Assembly (NCBI GenBank): GCA_020718065.1
Contig: DYDE01000004.1
Span: 9,012 to 73,011 of the forward strand
Reading direction: 5' to 3'
Length of the DNA: 64,000 bases
From: Marinifilum sp.
GTDB taxonomy: Bacteria > Bacteroidota > Bacteroidia > Bacteroidales > CG2-30-32-10
In this document: positions 1-10,568 of the stretch, piece after piece
How the letters are laid out: every line of letters starts with the position of its first letter
Numbering within the stretch: position 1 is the stretch's first letter
Notes under the pieces: model-generated
What the model saw: the letters and a program-made list of their open reading frames with translations, nothing else
Told to the model about the DNA's origin: nothing
The model's database searches: none
Made by a program: the position numbers and the translations under genes

Positions 1-360
1 TGGATAAAGCAGGTGATCGCAGGACAAGATATTCCCACTGTTATTAAAAATAGTTTAAATTTAGAAATCCCATCTGATAGCTCACAATTCCATTTAATAG
101 TTGAAAAAATTGGAGCTAAATACAATGCAAAAGAATTAATTAATGAAGAAAAAATAAAATTAAAAAAACAAGAAGAGCAGAAAATATATTATAAGAAAAA
201 ATTAACAGAGGGTAATCAATTGGTAATTAAGAACAACAATATAAATTTCTCTTACAATCCATCAGAAAAAACAATAGTAATTGAAAATATAGGGATAGTA
301 TATAAAACTATGAGGTTAACGGGAGATTGGGGAATTTTGGAAGTTAAAACGGGATATTAA
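1..360 (+). CDS. hypothetical protein, 5' end outside the window
   Basis: Frame 1 has no stop from nt 1 to the TAA at 358-360 (tracked ORF 13..360). Lys/Asn/Ile-rich with no motif I recognise. Confidence 0.35.
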   Translation, partial: WIKQVIAGQDIPTVIKNSLNLEIPSDSSQFHLIVEKIGAKYNAKELINEEKIKLKKQEEQKIYYKKKLTEGNQLVIKNNNINFSYNPSEKTIVIENIGIVYKTMRLTGDWGILEVKTGY

Positions 361-585
361 GAACCAATGATTGGCAGTTTTTTATTGTTTCGGCTCCAAC
401 TATAACAGAGGCCGATATTATCAAAGAAGATGATTATACATTATCACTAAATAAAGGGTGGAAAGTAATTAAAATAAAGGATAATAAATTTACCATTAAG
501 AAAAAATAATAAATTGTCGAAGTAATACAACTAAATAGCTTATTGTTTTATATTGGTTTTAATCAACAAATCAAAATAAAAAATA

Positions 586-1137
586 ATGCATACCTACATT
601 TCAATTTTAAGAGGCATCAACGTAAGTGGTCAAAAGATAATAAAGATGACTGCTTTGCAACTTCTTTACCAAAACTTAGGCTTTAAGAATGTTTGCACCT
701 ACATTCAAAGCGGGAATGTAATATTCCAGGAAAAAGAAACCACAAAACAAGATCTGGGGAAAAAAATATGTAATGAAATATTGAATTCATTTGGTTTTGA
801 AGTTCCTGTTCTAGTTATGGAGCTTAAAGAAGTAAAAGAAATAATACAAAAAAACCCTTTTCTTATTAACAGAAAAGAAGAAATCAACCATCTTCATCTT
901 ACTTTCTTATCATCAACTCCATTAAAAGAAAATATTGCTAAGATTCAAGAAATTAAATCTATATCTGATGAGTTTATAATAAAGGTCATCTATTTATTTT
1001 GTCCGAATGGATATGGAAAAACCAAACTAACGAATAACTTTTTTGAAAACAAACTAAAAGTAACAGCAACAACAAGAAATTATAAAACCACCAATGAATT
1101 GGTAAATATTGCAGAAAAAATTACAAACGAATATTAA
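586..1137 (+). CDS. DUF1697 family protein
   Basis: The N-terminus MHTYISILRGINVSGQKIIKM matches the characteristic DUF1697 start (Y/F-I-x-LLRGINVGG-x-K-x-x-M). The ~180 aa size also fits. Confidence 0.7.
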   Translation: MHTYISILRGINVSGQKIIKMTALQLLYQNLGFKNVCTYIQSGNVIFQEKETTKQDLGKKICNEILNSFGFEVPVLVMELKEVKEIIQKNPFLINRKEEINHLHLTFLSSTPLKENIAKIQEIKSISDEFIIKVIYLFCPNGYGKTKLTNNFFENKLKVTATTRNYKTTNELVNIAEKITNEY

Positions 1138-1330
1138 TAATTATGAAATTATTACTTTTTAAATCTTAAGAAGTAAAAAACTGATTCTTGTTAAATCTAT
1201 TACTAAAACAAAAAACATATTTCATCCTAAATTATAAAAACAAATCATTTTATTAAAAACATTTTATAATCACAATTATGTTTATACATTTGCATAAATT
1301 AATCATTTGTCTAACATAAAATTTATTAAA

Positions 1331-1975
1331 ATGAAAAAAGTCTTTTTATCATTAGTTTTGATTTCGTTATTGGGATTTAGTCCTGTTTATTGCCAATTTT
1401 CTTTTGGGGTTTCACCTGGAATAGGATTTAACAGTGCTTATTTTGGTTACAAAATGAACAAACTTGTTCCTTCTATTGGATTTCAGTATTTTAATGCAAA
1501 TATGAAATTTGAAGAAACAGGAAGAGAATACGACAATACACTTCATCAAATTGTAGATTATACAGATAACACGGTGCAATCTATAAATTTATTTGTTCCT
1601 TCGTTTGGTGCAAAATATTTTATAGCACAACAAAATAAAGTGCAGGCATATGTGTCTTTAAATATTTCTAAACCAATATTAAAAGGAAAATTAAAAGAAA
1701 ATGATGTGATGAATGATGATTTTAAAGATGAAATAAATGGTATAAGCTTGTGGGGTGGAGAACTTGGTTTTGGAATGGAGTATTTTTTTGATGAAAACTT
1801 TAGTTTAGGCGGAGAATTTGGTTTAAGATATCTCCATTTAAAATATAATAATTCAAATGAAATAACTGTCCATAATCAAAACACAGGGCAGAATGAGAAT
1901 GTTGAGATAAAAACAGAATATAAACTTTCTTTTAAACCAACCTATACAAGAATATCTCTGAACTATTACTTTTAA
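1331..1975 (+). CDS. putative outer-membrane beta-barrel protein (hypothetical)
   Basis: Signal peptide MKKVFLSLVLISLLGF, alternating aromatic/Gly beta-strand pattern, and a terminal aromatic (..LNYYF). I prefer the ATG at 1331 over the tracked TTG at 1307. Confidence 0.5.
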   Translation: MKKVFLSLVLISLLGFSPVYCQFSFGVSPGIGFNSAYFGYKMNKLVPSIGFQYFNANMKFEETGREYDNTLHQIVDYTDNTVQSINLFVPSFGAKYFIAQQNKVQAYVSLNISKPILKGKLKENDVMNDDFKDEINGISLWGGELGFGMEYFFDENFSLGGEFGLRYLHLKYNNSNEITVHNQNTGQNENVEIKTEYKLSFKPTYTRISLNYYF

Positions 1976-2002
1976 TTCGATTATAATTTAGAATAAAAAA
2001 AT

Positions 2003-2040
2003 AAATGCTGTATTGAAGAGAATTCTTCTATACAGCATTT
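2003..2040. terminator. bidirectional rho-independent terminator between convergent genes
   Basis: AAATGCTGTAT..(GAAGA gaat TCTTC)..ATACAGCATTT hairpin, flanked by an A-run upstream and a T-run downstream. Confidence 0.55.
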
Positions 2041-2062
2041 TTAAATTTATTGAAATAAGTTT

Positions 2063-2866
2063 CTACCCTATTTTCAGGGATGTCATTGTTAAAGAACCTG
2101 CAACAGCTTTGTCATTAAAAATGAGTAATTCTTCTTTTTCTTTTTTTAAAGCCAATACATAAAGTAATGGAAGAAAATGTTCAGGAGTGGGAATAGCCAA
2201 ATCAAATGCCTTGCCTTGTGTGTTGTAATTAATTAAAGATTGATGATTTCCATTTACAATGTATTTTTTCATCAAATCAATGGCTTCAATTGTCCAATCA
2301 TATGCAAAGCCTGCTTCATTAAGCATATCCCAGGCAATCATTCTCAGATTATGAACCATATTGCCACTTCCAATTATTAAAACCCCTTTGTTACGAAAAG
2401 AGTCCAGTTCCTTTGCTAAATCATAATGAAATTGTGAATTTTGATAATGATCTAAACTTAATTGAACTACAGGAATATCTGCTTTAGGATAAAGATGTTT
2501 CACAACAGACCAACAACCATGATCAAGACCCCATGAATCATTTAAACCCGATTCTGTTTTTTTTATAGTATTTTTAATTTCTAATGCTAATTCAGGACTG
2601 CCAGGTGCCGGGTATTCCACTTCATACAATTCCTCTGGAAATCCCACAAAATCATGAATGGTTTTTGGTTTTTCCATAGCAGTTATGAAAGTTCCCTTTG
2701 TTTCCCAATGAGCAGAAATGCACAAAATTGCTTTAGGTTTAGGTATGGCTTTCCCAATATTTCTAATACCATCAACAAATTCATTTTCTTCAATAGCATT
2801 CATCGGACTGCCATGCCCTAAAAACAAAACTGGCATTCTTTCGGTTCTATTCTTAGTATCTTCCAT
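2063..2866 (-). CDS. ygiD: 4,5-DOPA dioxygenase extradiol-like (class III extradiol dioxygenase, YgiD family)
   Basis: N-terminal PVLFLGHGSPMNA, SAHWET and GSGNMVHNL motifs typical of the LigB/YgiD family. Size is ~267 aa. Confidence 0.8.
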   Translation of the reverse strand: MEDTKNRTERMPVLFLGHGSPMNAIEENEFVDGIRNIGKAIPKPKAILCISAHWETKGTFITAMEKPKTIHDFVGFPEELYEVEYPAPGSPELALEIKNTIKKTESGLNDSWGLDHGCWSVVKHLYPKADIPVVQLSLDHYQNSQFHYDLAKELDSFRNKGVLIIGSGNMVHNLRMIAWDMLNEAGFAYDWTIEAIDLMKKYIVNGNHQSLINYNTQGKAFDLAIPTPEHFLPLLYVLALKKEKEELLIFNDKAVAGSLTMTSLKIG

Positions 2867-2891
2867 AAAAGCTCGGGTATTTATAATATAA

Positions 2892-4844
2892 TTAGTTTTC
2901 GTTATTTTTCAGATTCTCTAATTCATTGATAAGTGTTTCCCATAACTCTATTTTCTTTTCCATCTCTTTTTTCTTGCTCTCGTATTTAGAATAAAAATCA
3001 TTAGATGCAATCGCTTGTTTGTATGTTTCAGGATTTATAAGAACATCATCCATTTCTTTTAACTCCTTTTCCAGTTGCTGAATTTCAGTTTCATATTTTT
3101 CAATCTGATTGGTAATTTTTTTCAATTCCTTGTCAAATTGTTTTTTCTTTTCCCAGTTTTGTTTGTTGGCAGAAATAGCTTCCGTTTTATTATTTTGCAG
3201 GTTGTACTTTGTTGTTTTTTCGAGTTCTCTTAAAGTTTGTAATTTACGAGATTCCAAAAAGTCATAAATATCACCAATATATTCTTTTATGATATGGTTT
3301 TTAAATTCATATACTTTATTTGATAATCCTTGCAGAAAATCACGGTCGTGAGAAACCAGAATTAAAGTACCATCATACTGCAATAATGCGCTTTTAAGTA
3401 TATCTTTTGAACGCATATCCAAGTGGTTGGTCGGTTCATCCAGAATAAGCAAATTTACGGGAGTAAGCAATAGTTTCGCCAATGCAAGTCTTGATTTTTC
3501 TCCACCAGATAGTACTTTTACTTTTTTATCTATGGTGTCACCACTAAAAAGAAAACAACCAAGTATATTTCTTACTCTTGTTCTGTTTTCACCAGTAGCA
3601 ATATCATCAATGGTTTGAAAAACTGTTTTTTCGCCATCGAGCATGTCAGCCTGATTTTGGGCATAATAACCGATTTTAACATTATGACCTATAATAATTT
3701 CACCATTATAATCAATATCACCAACAATTATTTTTGATAAGGTAGATTTTCCTTCACCGTTTTTTCCAACAAAAGCAACTTTCTCCCCTTTAAGAATAGC
3801 AAAATTGAGAGATTGCAACACCAATTTACTACCATAGCTTTTACCTAAATTGTTAGCTTCAATAATAACTTTTCCTGAGGATGGTGCAGGAGGAAAACGA
3901 AAATGGATAGAAGAACCATCAATATCTTCCACTTCTATTTTATCAATTTTGTCAAGCATTTTTATTCTTGACTGAACCTGACGAGACTTGGTTGCCTTAT
4001 ATCTGAAGCGTTCAACAAAAAGCTCAATAGAAGCAATCTGTTTCTGCTGATTATTAAAAGCAGAGATTTCCTGTTCTCTTCTTTCTTCACGCATCAAAAC
4101 ATAATCGGAATAACAGGCTTTGTAATCGAATATTTTACCAAGAGATATTTCAATTGTTCTTGTGGTAACATTATCGAGAAATGCTCTGTCGTGAGAAACA
4201 ATAACCACTCCTCCCCTATATGCAATAAGATAATCTTCAAGCCATTGAATAGATTCAATATCAAGATGGTTGGTAGGTTCATCGAGTAACAAAGTATCAG
4301 GTCTTTGAAGCAATAGTTTCGCCAATTCAACCCGCATCTGCCAACCACCACTAAAAGTTGGCAAAGCTTTCTGAAAATCAGTGCTGGAAAATCCCAAACC
4401 CAATAATACTTTCTCAGTATCTGCCTGCATTGTCTGACCTCCAATAATCTGGAAACGTTCGTTATATTCAGTTAGTTTATTAATTAACTTGTAATAACCA
4501 TCAGATTCGTAATCGGTGCGATGAGCAATCTCGGCAGATGTTTTTTTAATTTTTTCTTCCAATTCCAATGCTTCCGAAAAAGCAGTTAATGCTTCATCAA
4601 AAACAGTTTTGGTGCTGTCTGTTTTCTTTTCCTGAGGTAAATAACCAACCTTTGAATCGGAAGTAATTGCAATAGCTCCATTTTCGGCTTCCTGCATACC
4701 GCATAATATTCTTAGCAGCGTGGTTTTCCCTGCTCCATTCTTACCTACAAGACCTATTCTGTCCTTATCATTTATAATGAAAGACACATCTTTAAAAAGA
4801 TAATCACCCGTAAAGTGAATGGATAAATTGCTTATTGATATCAT
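2892..4844 (-). CDS. ABC-F family ATPase (no membrane domain)
   Basis: Two cassettes: Walker A GKNGAGKTT / GKNGEGKST, signatures FSGGWQMR / LSGGEKSR, Walker B LLLDEPTNHLD / LILDEPTNHLD. Lys/Glu-rich coiled-coil C-terminus. Confidence 0.9.
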   Translation of the reverse strand: MISISNLSIHFTGDYLFKDVSFIINDKDRIGLVGKNGAGKTTLLRILCGMQEAENGAIAITSDSKVGYLPQEKKTDSTKTVFDEALTAFSEALELEEKIKKTSAEIAHRTDYESDGYYKLINKLTEYNERFQIIGGQTMQADTEKVLLGLGFSSTDFQKALPTFSGGWQMRVELAKLLLQRPDTLLLDEPTNHLDIESIQWLEDYLIAYRGGVVIVSHDRAFLDNVTTRTIEISLGKIFDYKACYSDYVLMREERREQEISAFNNQQKQIASIELFVERFRYKATKSRQVQSRIKMLDKIDKIEVEDIDGSSIHFRFPPAPSSGKVIIEANNLGKSYGSKLVLQSLNFAILKGEKVAFVGKNGEGKSTLSKIIVGDIDYNGEIIIGHNVKIGYYAQNQADMLDGEKTVFQTIDDIATGENRTRVRNILGCFLFSGDTIDKKVKVLSGGEKSRLALAKLLLTPVNLLILDEPTNHLDMRSKDILKSALLQYDGTLILVSHDRDFLQGLSNKVYEFKNHIIKEYIGDIYDFLESRKLQTLRELEKTTKYNLQNNKTEAISANKQNWEKKKQFDKELKKITNQIEKYETEIQQLEKELKEMDDVLINPETYKQAIASNDFYSKYESKKKEMEKKIELWETLINELENLKNNEN

Positions 4845-4990
4845 TTTTTATTTAAATCGGATGCAAATGTAAGGAATCTAAGCAAAATGCAGTAAATTCT
4901 GTTTCAAATACTTTTAATTATTTCTATCAAACCTTTTTAAATTGGATTTTTTAAATTATTTTTGATAGATTTTAATAAAAAACCAATAAT

Positions 4991-5854
4991 ATGGAAAACA
5001 CATTAAAACCTGCAATATGTCTTATTGGTAAAGGGGCATTGCAAAAAGAATCAATAGACGTTTCTCGTTTATTTATTGAAATTTCAGTTAATTGTATTTC
5101 ATATGCATTGCTTAATAATGAGACACAAATATATAAAGCTATTGAATCCTATTCTTTTACAGATACTAATAATTATAATGATATAAGCAATCGTTTAGAA
5201 TATATTTACACTAATTCTGAGATTTTAAAAAACAATTATCTTTCTGTAAACATCCTTTTTAATGATTATAAATCTACTTTAATTCCTAACACACTATTTG
5301 ATAAAAGCAATCCTGAACTTTATTTGAAATTTAATTACAATATTGATAATAGCGAAGAGGTTGCTTATGATAATCTCAGCATAACAGATGCTGCAAATAT
5401 TTATACCATTAACAGGGAATTAAACAACAAAATTAAAATGCTTTTCCCAAAGGCGAAGGTATCTCACAGTTTTAGCGGTCTTATTGAAAATCTATTGTAT
5501 CAGTTTTCTAATAACAAAGCAAACAAACTTATATTGCATGTTCAACAGAATTTCATTCAAATAATCAACATTCGCGAAAGCAAACTTGTTTTTTTCAATA
5601 CTTTTAATTATAACACCAAAGAGGATTTTATATATTACCTCTTGTTTGCAATGCAACAACTTCATTTAAATCCAGAAACCCAAGAATTATTGGTTTTGGG
5701 TGAAATAGAAAAGAAAACTGCATTCGCAGAATTGCTTTTTAAATATATTAAAAATCCTGTATTTGGTGAAAGGTCGGCAATATATAAGTTTGATGTTGTA
5801 TTTGAAGACATTCCACCACACCAATATTATAATTTATTGAATTTTCATATATGA
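4991..5854 (+). CDS. DUF3822-like protein (conserved Bacteroidota protein upstream of rsmD)
   Basis: The size (~287 aa) and the 4-nt overlap with rsmD match the DUF3822-rsmD arrangement I recall in Bacteroidota. No catalytic motif is visible. Confidence 0.45.
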   Translation: MENTLKPAICLIGKGALQKESIDVSRLFIEISVNCISYALLNNETQIYKAIESYSFTDTNNYNDISNRLEYIYTNSEILKNNYLSVNILFNDYKSTLIPNTLFDKSNPELYLKFNYNIDNSEEVAYDNLSITDAANIYTINRELNNKIKMLFPKAKVSHSFSGLIENLLYQFSNNKANKLILHVQQNFIQIINIRESKLVFFNTFNYNTKEDFIYYLLFAMQQLHLNPETQELLVLGEIEKKTAFAELLFKYIKNPVFGERSAIYKFDVVFEDIPPHQYYNLLNFHI

Positions 5855-6390
5855 GAATAATTAGTGGAAAGTTTAGAAGTCGAAGAATAAACGCTCCCGC
5901 CAATTTGCCTATACGCCCTACAACAGATTTTGCTAAGGAAGGTCTTTTCAACCTCATCAACAATCATATCAATTTCGCAGATATTGCTGTTCTTGATCTT
6001 TTTGCAGGAACAGGAAGTATTACTTATGAATTTCTTTCGAGAGGTTGCATAGAAGCTACTACTGTTGAAATAAATTCTAAGTGTACTGATTTTATGTACA
6101 AAACCAAAGAACTGTACGAATTTGATAATTTCCACATCATAAAAGGAGATGTGTTTGTATATCTAAATCGTTGTCATAAAACGTTTGATGTTATTTTTGC
6201 TGACCCTCCCTATGAAATGGAAAAAATAAATGAAATACCCAATCTGATCTTTGAAAAGAAGCTTTTGAATGCTGGTGGCTTTTTAATAATTGAACATTCG
6301 GCAAGGAATAGCTTTAAAGAACATCCATGTTTTTTTGAACAAAGGAATTATGGAAAGGTGAATTTTTCGTTTTTTCAGGTTATTAAATGA
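5851..6390 (+). CDS. rsmD: 16S rRNA (guanine966-N2)-methyltransferase RsmD
   Basis: MRIISGKFRSRRI start, SAM-binding DLFAGTGS, catalytic DPPY, ~180 aa. Confidence 0.85.
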   Translation: MRIISGKFRSRRINAPANLPIRPTTDFAKEGLFNLINNHINFADIAVLDLFAGTGSITYEFLSRGCIEATTVEINSKCTDFMYKTKELYEFDNFHIIKGDVFVYLNRCHKTFDVIFADPPYEMEKINEIPNLIFEKKLLNAGGFLIIEHSARNSFKEHPCFFEQRNYGKVNFSFFQVIK

Positions 6391-6505
6391 CAATTTAGGT
6401 CAGGAAGACAAAAGAAAAAAGCATCGGGTTATTTTACAATTGGCATTTTCTGAGTAATGCATTCCTTTTCTGATATCAGGTTTAAATAATACAATCCTGG
6501 TTTAA

Positions 6506-6754
6506 GTGCATAGTTATGAATCATCCCCAACTATTGGGGTGATTCATAACTATGAAGTAGACGCAAAACAAACATGCGAAATTGTTAGAAGACATTGGTT
6601 TATTGAAAATAAGGGTCATCATGTGAGAGATGTAACTTTAAAAGAAGATGAAACAAGAATAAGAATAAATCCGGAAAATATATCCACTCTTAGACGTTTC
6701 GCATTACATGTATTAAGGAAAAATAAAATTGAAAATATAAATGGGGAATTGTAA
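6506..6754 (+). pseudogene. C-terminal remnant of an ISAs1-family (DDE) transposase
   Basis: DAKQTCEIVRRHWFIENKGHHVRDVTLKEDETRIRINPENISTLRRFALHVLRK matches the conserved ISAs1 C-terminus (..RxHWxIENxLHWxLDVxFxEDxxRxR..). Only ~65 aa of a ~370-aa enzyme are present, and no upstream DDE core is seen. Confidence 0.65.
6509..6554. repeat. 19-bp inverted repeat (hairpin) at the 5' boundary of the transposase remnant
   Basis: CATAGTTATGAATCATCCCC (6509-6528) / loop AACTATT / GGGGTGATTCATAACTATG (6536-6554), with one bulged T. Confidence 0.8.
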
Positions 6755-6908
6755 GAAAATAGCCTTGATTACTATAAATTATACAGTTATCTATATTTTA
6801 TTTTGAATTGAACAACCCTAGCTTTTATAAACCATAATTGTATATGTTTATTTTTTTATGTAATTTTGTTGTAACATATAAAATTTTTTAAAATTAAAAA
6901 TAATCATT

Positions 6909-9047
6909 ATGAAAATTAAATTCTTCTTTCTTTCTATTATTATGCTGTTTGCATTATTCGGATTGCAGGCAAATCCTGTTACAAAAGAGAATGCTACCAG
7001 GGTAGCCTTAAACTTTTACTATCAGGCAATAAATCAGCAACAACCAACTGATTTTAATAACATAAAAATAACTGACACCTATACAATTGCAGAAAAAGGA
7101 ATGTGCTTTTACTATGTTTTTAATATAAAAAATGGCGGATTTGTAATAATCTCAGCAGAAGATGCAATGTATCCGATACTTGGCTATTCTTTTGAAAAAA
7201 ACTTTTCTGAAGAGAATCCATCACCAGAATTTACATGGTGGATGAGTGGATACAAAGATCAGATTCGCTATGTAATAGAAAACAAACTTACTGCTGATAT
7301 AAAAACCCAGCAACAATGGAATGACTATAGCATTTATAAAACTTTTTCTAAAAGTCCTTTAGATATAACATTAGGTCCGTTATTATTAACCAAATGGGAT
7401 CAAAATTATCCTTATAATGAATTATGTCCATTAGCTGCTGGTGGCCCTGGAGGTCGTGTTTATGCCGGCTGTGTAGCCACAGCAATAGGACAAGTGATGA
7501 ATTATTACAAATACCCCTTACAAGGTGCTGGTTCACATTGTTATAACAGCACATATGGATATTTATGTTCTACTTACAACGATTCTACTTACAAATGGAA
7601 TGAAATGCCTAATTCTATTAATTCAAGTTGCATCCCTATAGCTTCTTTATTATATCAATTAGGAATTTCTGTTAATATGCAATATGCACCTGATGGATCT
7701 GGTGCTTATTCTTTTGACGTACCTTATGCTTTGGTTAATTATTTTGGTTATTCAGGAACAACTCAACATGTACCAAGAAGTAGTTATTCACAACCTAGTT
7801 GGGAAACTTTAATTCAACAGCAACTAAATTCTAAGATGCCGTTATATTATTCAGGACAAGGACCTGGTGGTGGACATGCATTTGTTTGTGATGGATTTCA
7901 AACAATTGGGACAACTACTACATACCATTTCAATTGGGGTTGGAGTGGTAGTTCTGATGGCTATTTTTCAATTTCAAATTTGAATCCCGGAGGTAATACT
8001 TTTAATTCGCAACAAGCAATGATAATTAATTCTACACCAGGAACTGGTTATCCTTACAATTGTTCAGGACAGAAAACATTAACCTCGTTAAAAGGTGTTT
8101 TTGAAGATGGTAGTGGATATATGGATTATCAACCAAATCTTAATTGCAGTTGGTTAATAAATCCAAGCAATCCTTCAGGCACAAATTATATTAGTTTGAA
8201 ATTTGATCTTTTTGAATTAACAGATGTTAATGATGTTGTTACTATTTATAATGGAGAAACCACATCTGCTCCTGTTTTAGCAACATATAGAGGAGGCACT
8301 CCACCAACTATAGGTACAGCAATAAATTCTACTTCAAATAAAGTTTTAGTAACATTTACATCCGATGGAACAACAAATGGTGGAGGGTGGCATATTAGTT
8401 ATTCTACTAGCAATATTGTACATTGTTCTGGTACTGTAACTTTATCTAATTCAAATTATTCTTTTGAAGATGGTAGTGGTTCCATGTACAACTATAATAA
8501 TAGCACGGTATGTAGATGGAAAATTAGTCCTACAAATGCAACATATGTTAAACTAAAGTTTAATCAACTCGAAACCGAAGCTATAAATGATAAGGTTTCT
8601 ATTTATAAAGAATTTACCACATTCGCGAGTGATTTAATTGGTACTTATTCCGGCTCAACCATTCCTGATACTATCGTTTCAACTACTGGTAGAATGTATT
8701 TAATATTTCAGACAGATGGAAAGAATACTTTTTCAGGTTGGTCTGTAACTTATAAATCTGATGGCACAAGTTCTGGAATTACTGAAAATGAAATTGTAAG
8801 CAACATTTCAATATTCCCAAATCCAGCTGAAAATAATGTAAAAATTAATTTTACTGTTAACACATTACAAAATGTTAAACTATCTGTAATTGATATTATT
8901 GGCAACAGTATTTACCATGAAAGTCTTAATAAATTTATTGGAACCTATGACAAATCTTTAGATTTATCTAAATTTGCAAAAGGATTATACTTAATTAATA
9001 TTAAAACAGACAATGGTTCTTATAATCAAAAACTATTAATTAAGTAA
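6909..9047 (+). CDS. C10 (streptopain-type) cysteine peptidase with two CUB-like domains and a T9SS C-terminal sorting domain
   Basis: Signal peptide, Spi-type propeptide ([17 protein letters not shown]), C10 core ([16 protein letters not shown], catalytic Cys in [16 protein letters not shown], His in [11 protein letters not shown]). Two C..C.W.I...I.L.F..F.L...D.V.IY modules. T9SS CTD ([16 protein letters not shown]...[21 protein letters not shown]). Confidence 0.8.
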   Translation: MKIKFFFLSIIMLFALFGLQANPVTKENATRVALNFYYQAINQQQPTDFNNIKITDTYTIAEKGMCFYYVFNIKNGGFVIISAEDAMYPILGYSFEKNFSEENPSPEFTWWMSGYKDQIRYVIENKLTADIKTQQQWNDYSIYKTFSKSPLDITLGPLLLTKWDQNYPYNELCPLAAGGPGGRVYAGCVATAIGQVMNYYKYPLQGAGSHCYNSTYGYLCSTYNDSTYKWNEMPNSINSSCIPIASLLYQLGISVNMQYAPDGSGAYSFDVPYALVNYFGYSGTTQHVPRSSYSQPSWETLIQQQLNSKMPLYYSGQGPGGGHAFVCDGFQTIGTTTTYHFNWGWSGSSDGYFSISNLNPGGNTFNSQQAMIINSTPGTGYPYNCSGQKTLTSLKGVFEDGSGYMDYQPNLNCSWLINPSNPSGTNYISLKFDLFELTDVNDVVTIYNGETTSAPVLATYRGGTPPTIGTAINSTSNKVLVTFTSDGTTNGGGWHISYSTSNIVHCSGTVTLSNSNYSFEDGSGSMYNYNNSTVCRWKISPTNATYVKLKFNQLETEAINDKVSIYKEFTTFASDLIGTYSGSTIPDTIVSTTGRMYLIFQTDGKNTFSGWSVTYKSDGTSSGITENEIVSNISIFPNPAENNVKINFTVNTLQNVKLSVIDIIGNSIYHESLNKFIGTYDKSLDLSKFAKGLYLINIKTDNGSYNQKLLIK

Positions 9048-9070
9048 ATATTAAACTTGGTTTTAATGAA

Positions 9071-10162
9071 ATGGCTGGCAATACAATAGGACAAATATTT
9101 AGACTTACTACCTTTGGGGAATCTCATGGGGAGGCAATTGGTGGAGTGATAGATGGTTGCCCTGCTGGATTAAAAATAGATTACGATTTTATACAACAAG
9201 AACTGACCAGACGAAAAACTGGTCAGTCTTTTTTTGCATCTAACAGAAATGAAAAAGACGAAATTACCTTTTTATCAGGCTTGTTTGAAGGAAATACTAC
9301 AGGTACTCCATTAACGTTTATTGTTAAAAATACAAATGCAAATTCTGAAGACTATAAATCGATTAAGGATATTTATAGGCCGTCACATGCCGACTTTACT
9401 TATGAGAAAAAGTATGGTATAAGAGATTATAGAGGTGGGGGACGCGCATCTGCCAGAGAAACTGTTGCAAGAGTTGTGGCAGGAGCAGTTGCAAAACTGA
9501 TTTTAAATCATTACAAAATAAAAATTACAGCTTATGTCTCTCAAATAGGTGATATCAAATTAAATAAAGATTATAAATATCTGGATTTTGATAAAATTGA
9601 GAATAGTCCAGTTAGATGCCCGGATGAAGAGGTATCAGAACAAATGTTAAAACACCTTGAAATTATAAAAAAAGACAACAATTCAGTTGGGGGTGTAGTT
9701 AGTTGTATTATTTCTTCTTGTCCTATTGGATTAGGAGAACCCATTTTTGATAAACTTCAGGCAGATCTTGCAAAAGCAATGTTAAGTATTCCTTCAGTAA
9801 AAGGTTTTGATTATGGTTCTGGTTTTGAAGCTTCAACTATGTTGGGTTCTGTAAATAATGATGTTTTTATTACAGATTCAAAAGAACGTATTGCAACTAA
9901 AACTAACTATTCTGGTGGAATTCAGGGAGGAATTAGCAATGGAGAAGATATTTATTTTAGGGTTGCATTTAAACCGATTGCTTCTATAATGAAAGATCAA
10001 CAAACAATAAATAAAAACAAACAGAATATTATTATTGATATAAAAGGCCGGCATGACATTTGTGTTGTGCCTCGTGCTGTTCCAATTGTAGAGGCAATGG
10101 CTGCAATTATCATAACAGACCATCTTCTTAGAGACAAAGCATCAAAAATGCCTGAACTCTAA
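9071..10162 (+). CDS. aroC: chorismate synthase
   Basis: [20 protein letters not shown] and [10 protein letters not shown] motifs, 363 aa. Confidence 0.95.
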   Translation: MAGNTIGQIFRLTTFGESHGEAIGGVIDGCPAGLKIDYDFIQQELTRRKTGQSFFASNRNEKDEITFLSGLFEGNTTGTPLTFIVKNTNANSEDYKSIKDIYRPSHADFTYEKKYGIRDYRGGGRASARETVARVVAGAVAKLILNHYKIKITAYVSQIGDIKLNKDYKYLDFDKIENSPVRCPDEEVSEQMLKHLEIIKKDNNSVGGVVSCIISSCPIGLGEPIFDKLQADLAKAMLSIPSVKGFDYGSGFEASTMLGSVNNDVFITDSKERIATKTNYSGGIQGGISNGEDIYFRVAFKPIASIMKDQQTINKNKQNIIIDIKGRHDICVVPRAVPIVEAMAAIIITDHLLRDKASKMPEL

Positions 10163-10220
10163 AAATCAAAATAACTTAATTAAAATCTAGTTATTGTAAT
10201 TTAAATGAAAAATAAATAAA

Positions 10221-10252
10221 TTTGTTTTAAATAGCTCAAATCATTATCTTTG
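10221..10252 (+). promoter_or_regulatory. Bacteroidota sigma-A type promoter candidate (TTTG-N20-TATCTTTG)
   Basis: TTTG at 10221-10224 and TATCTTTG at 10245-10252 fit the -33/-7 consensus TTTG-N19-21-TAnnTTTG. The ATG at 10261 implies a very short leader. Confidence 0.45.
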
Positions 10253-10260
10253 CTTATACA

Positions 10261-10551
10261 ATGAATAAAAATATTAATACAAAAATTGCACAAGTTCTTG
10301 AAAAAGTAAAAAAAAATGTAGCTTTGCAGAAATTTATTGAAGAAGAAAATAAAAAATTACATCAACAAAATATAGAAAATCATAAAACCATAAATGAATT
10401 AAACGAAAAAATTAAAGAATTAACAGAACAGAACAAAATAATTAAAATTTCGAAAACTTTAGAAAACACAAAGGGATCGACAGAAATAAAATTAAGAATT
10501 AACGAATTGGTGCGGGAAATTGACAAGTGTAAATCTCTATTGAATAGATAA
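10261..10551 (+). CDS. small coiled-coil protein, co-oriented with and upstream of zapA
   Basis: 96 aa, Lys/Glu/Asn-rich heptad pattern, 17-nt gap to zapA. The function is unknown. Confidence 0.45.
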   Translation: MNKNINTKIAQVLEKVKKNVALQKFIEEENKKLHQQNIENHKTINELNEKIKELTEQNKIIKISKTLENTKGSTEIKLRINELVREIDKCKSLLNR

Positions 10552-10568
10552 TATAAATATTAACTCCG

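Noticed and set aside
6506-6754. Functional transposase or intact IS element
   Set aside because: Only a C-terminal fragment is present, with no DDE core and no terminal inverted repeats found. It is called a pseudogene remnant.
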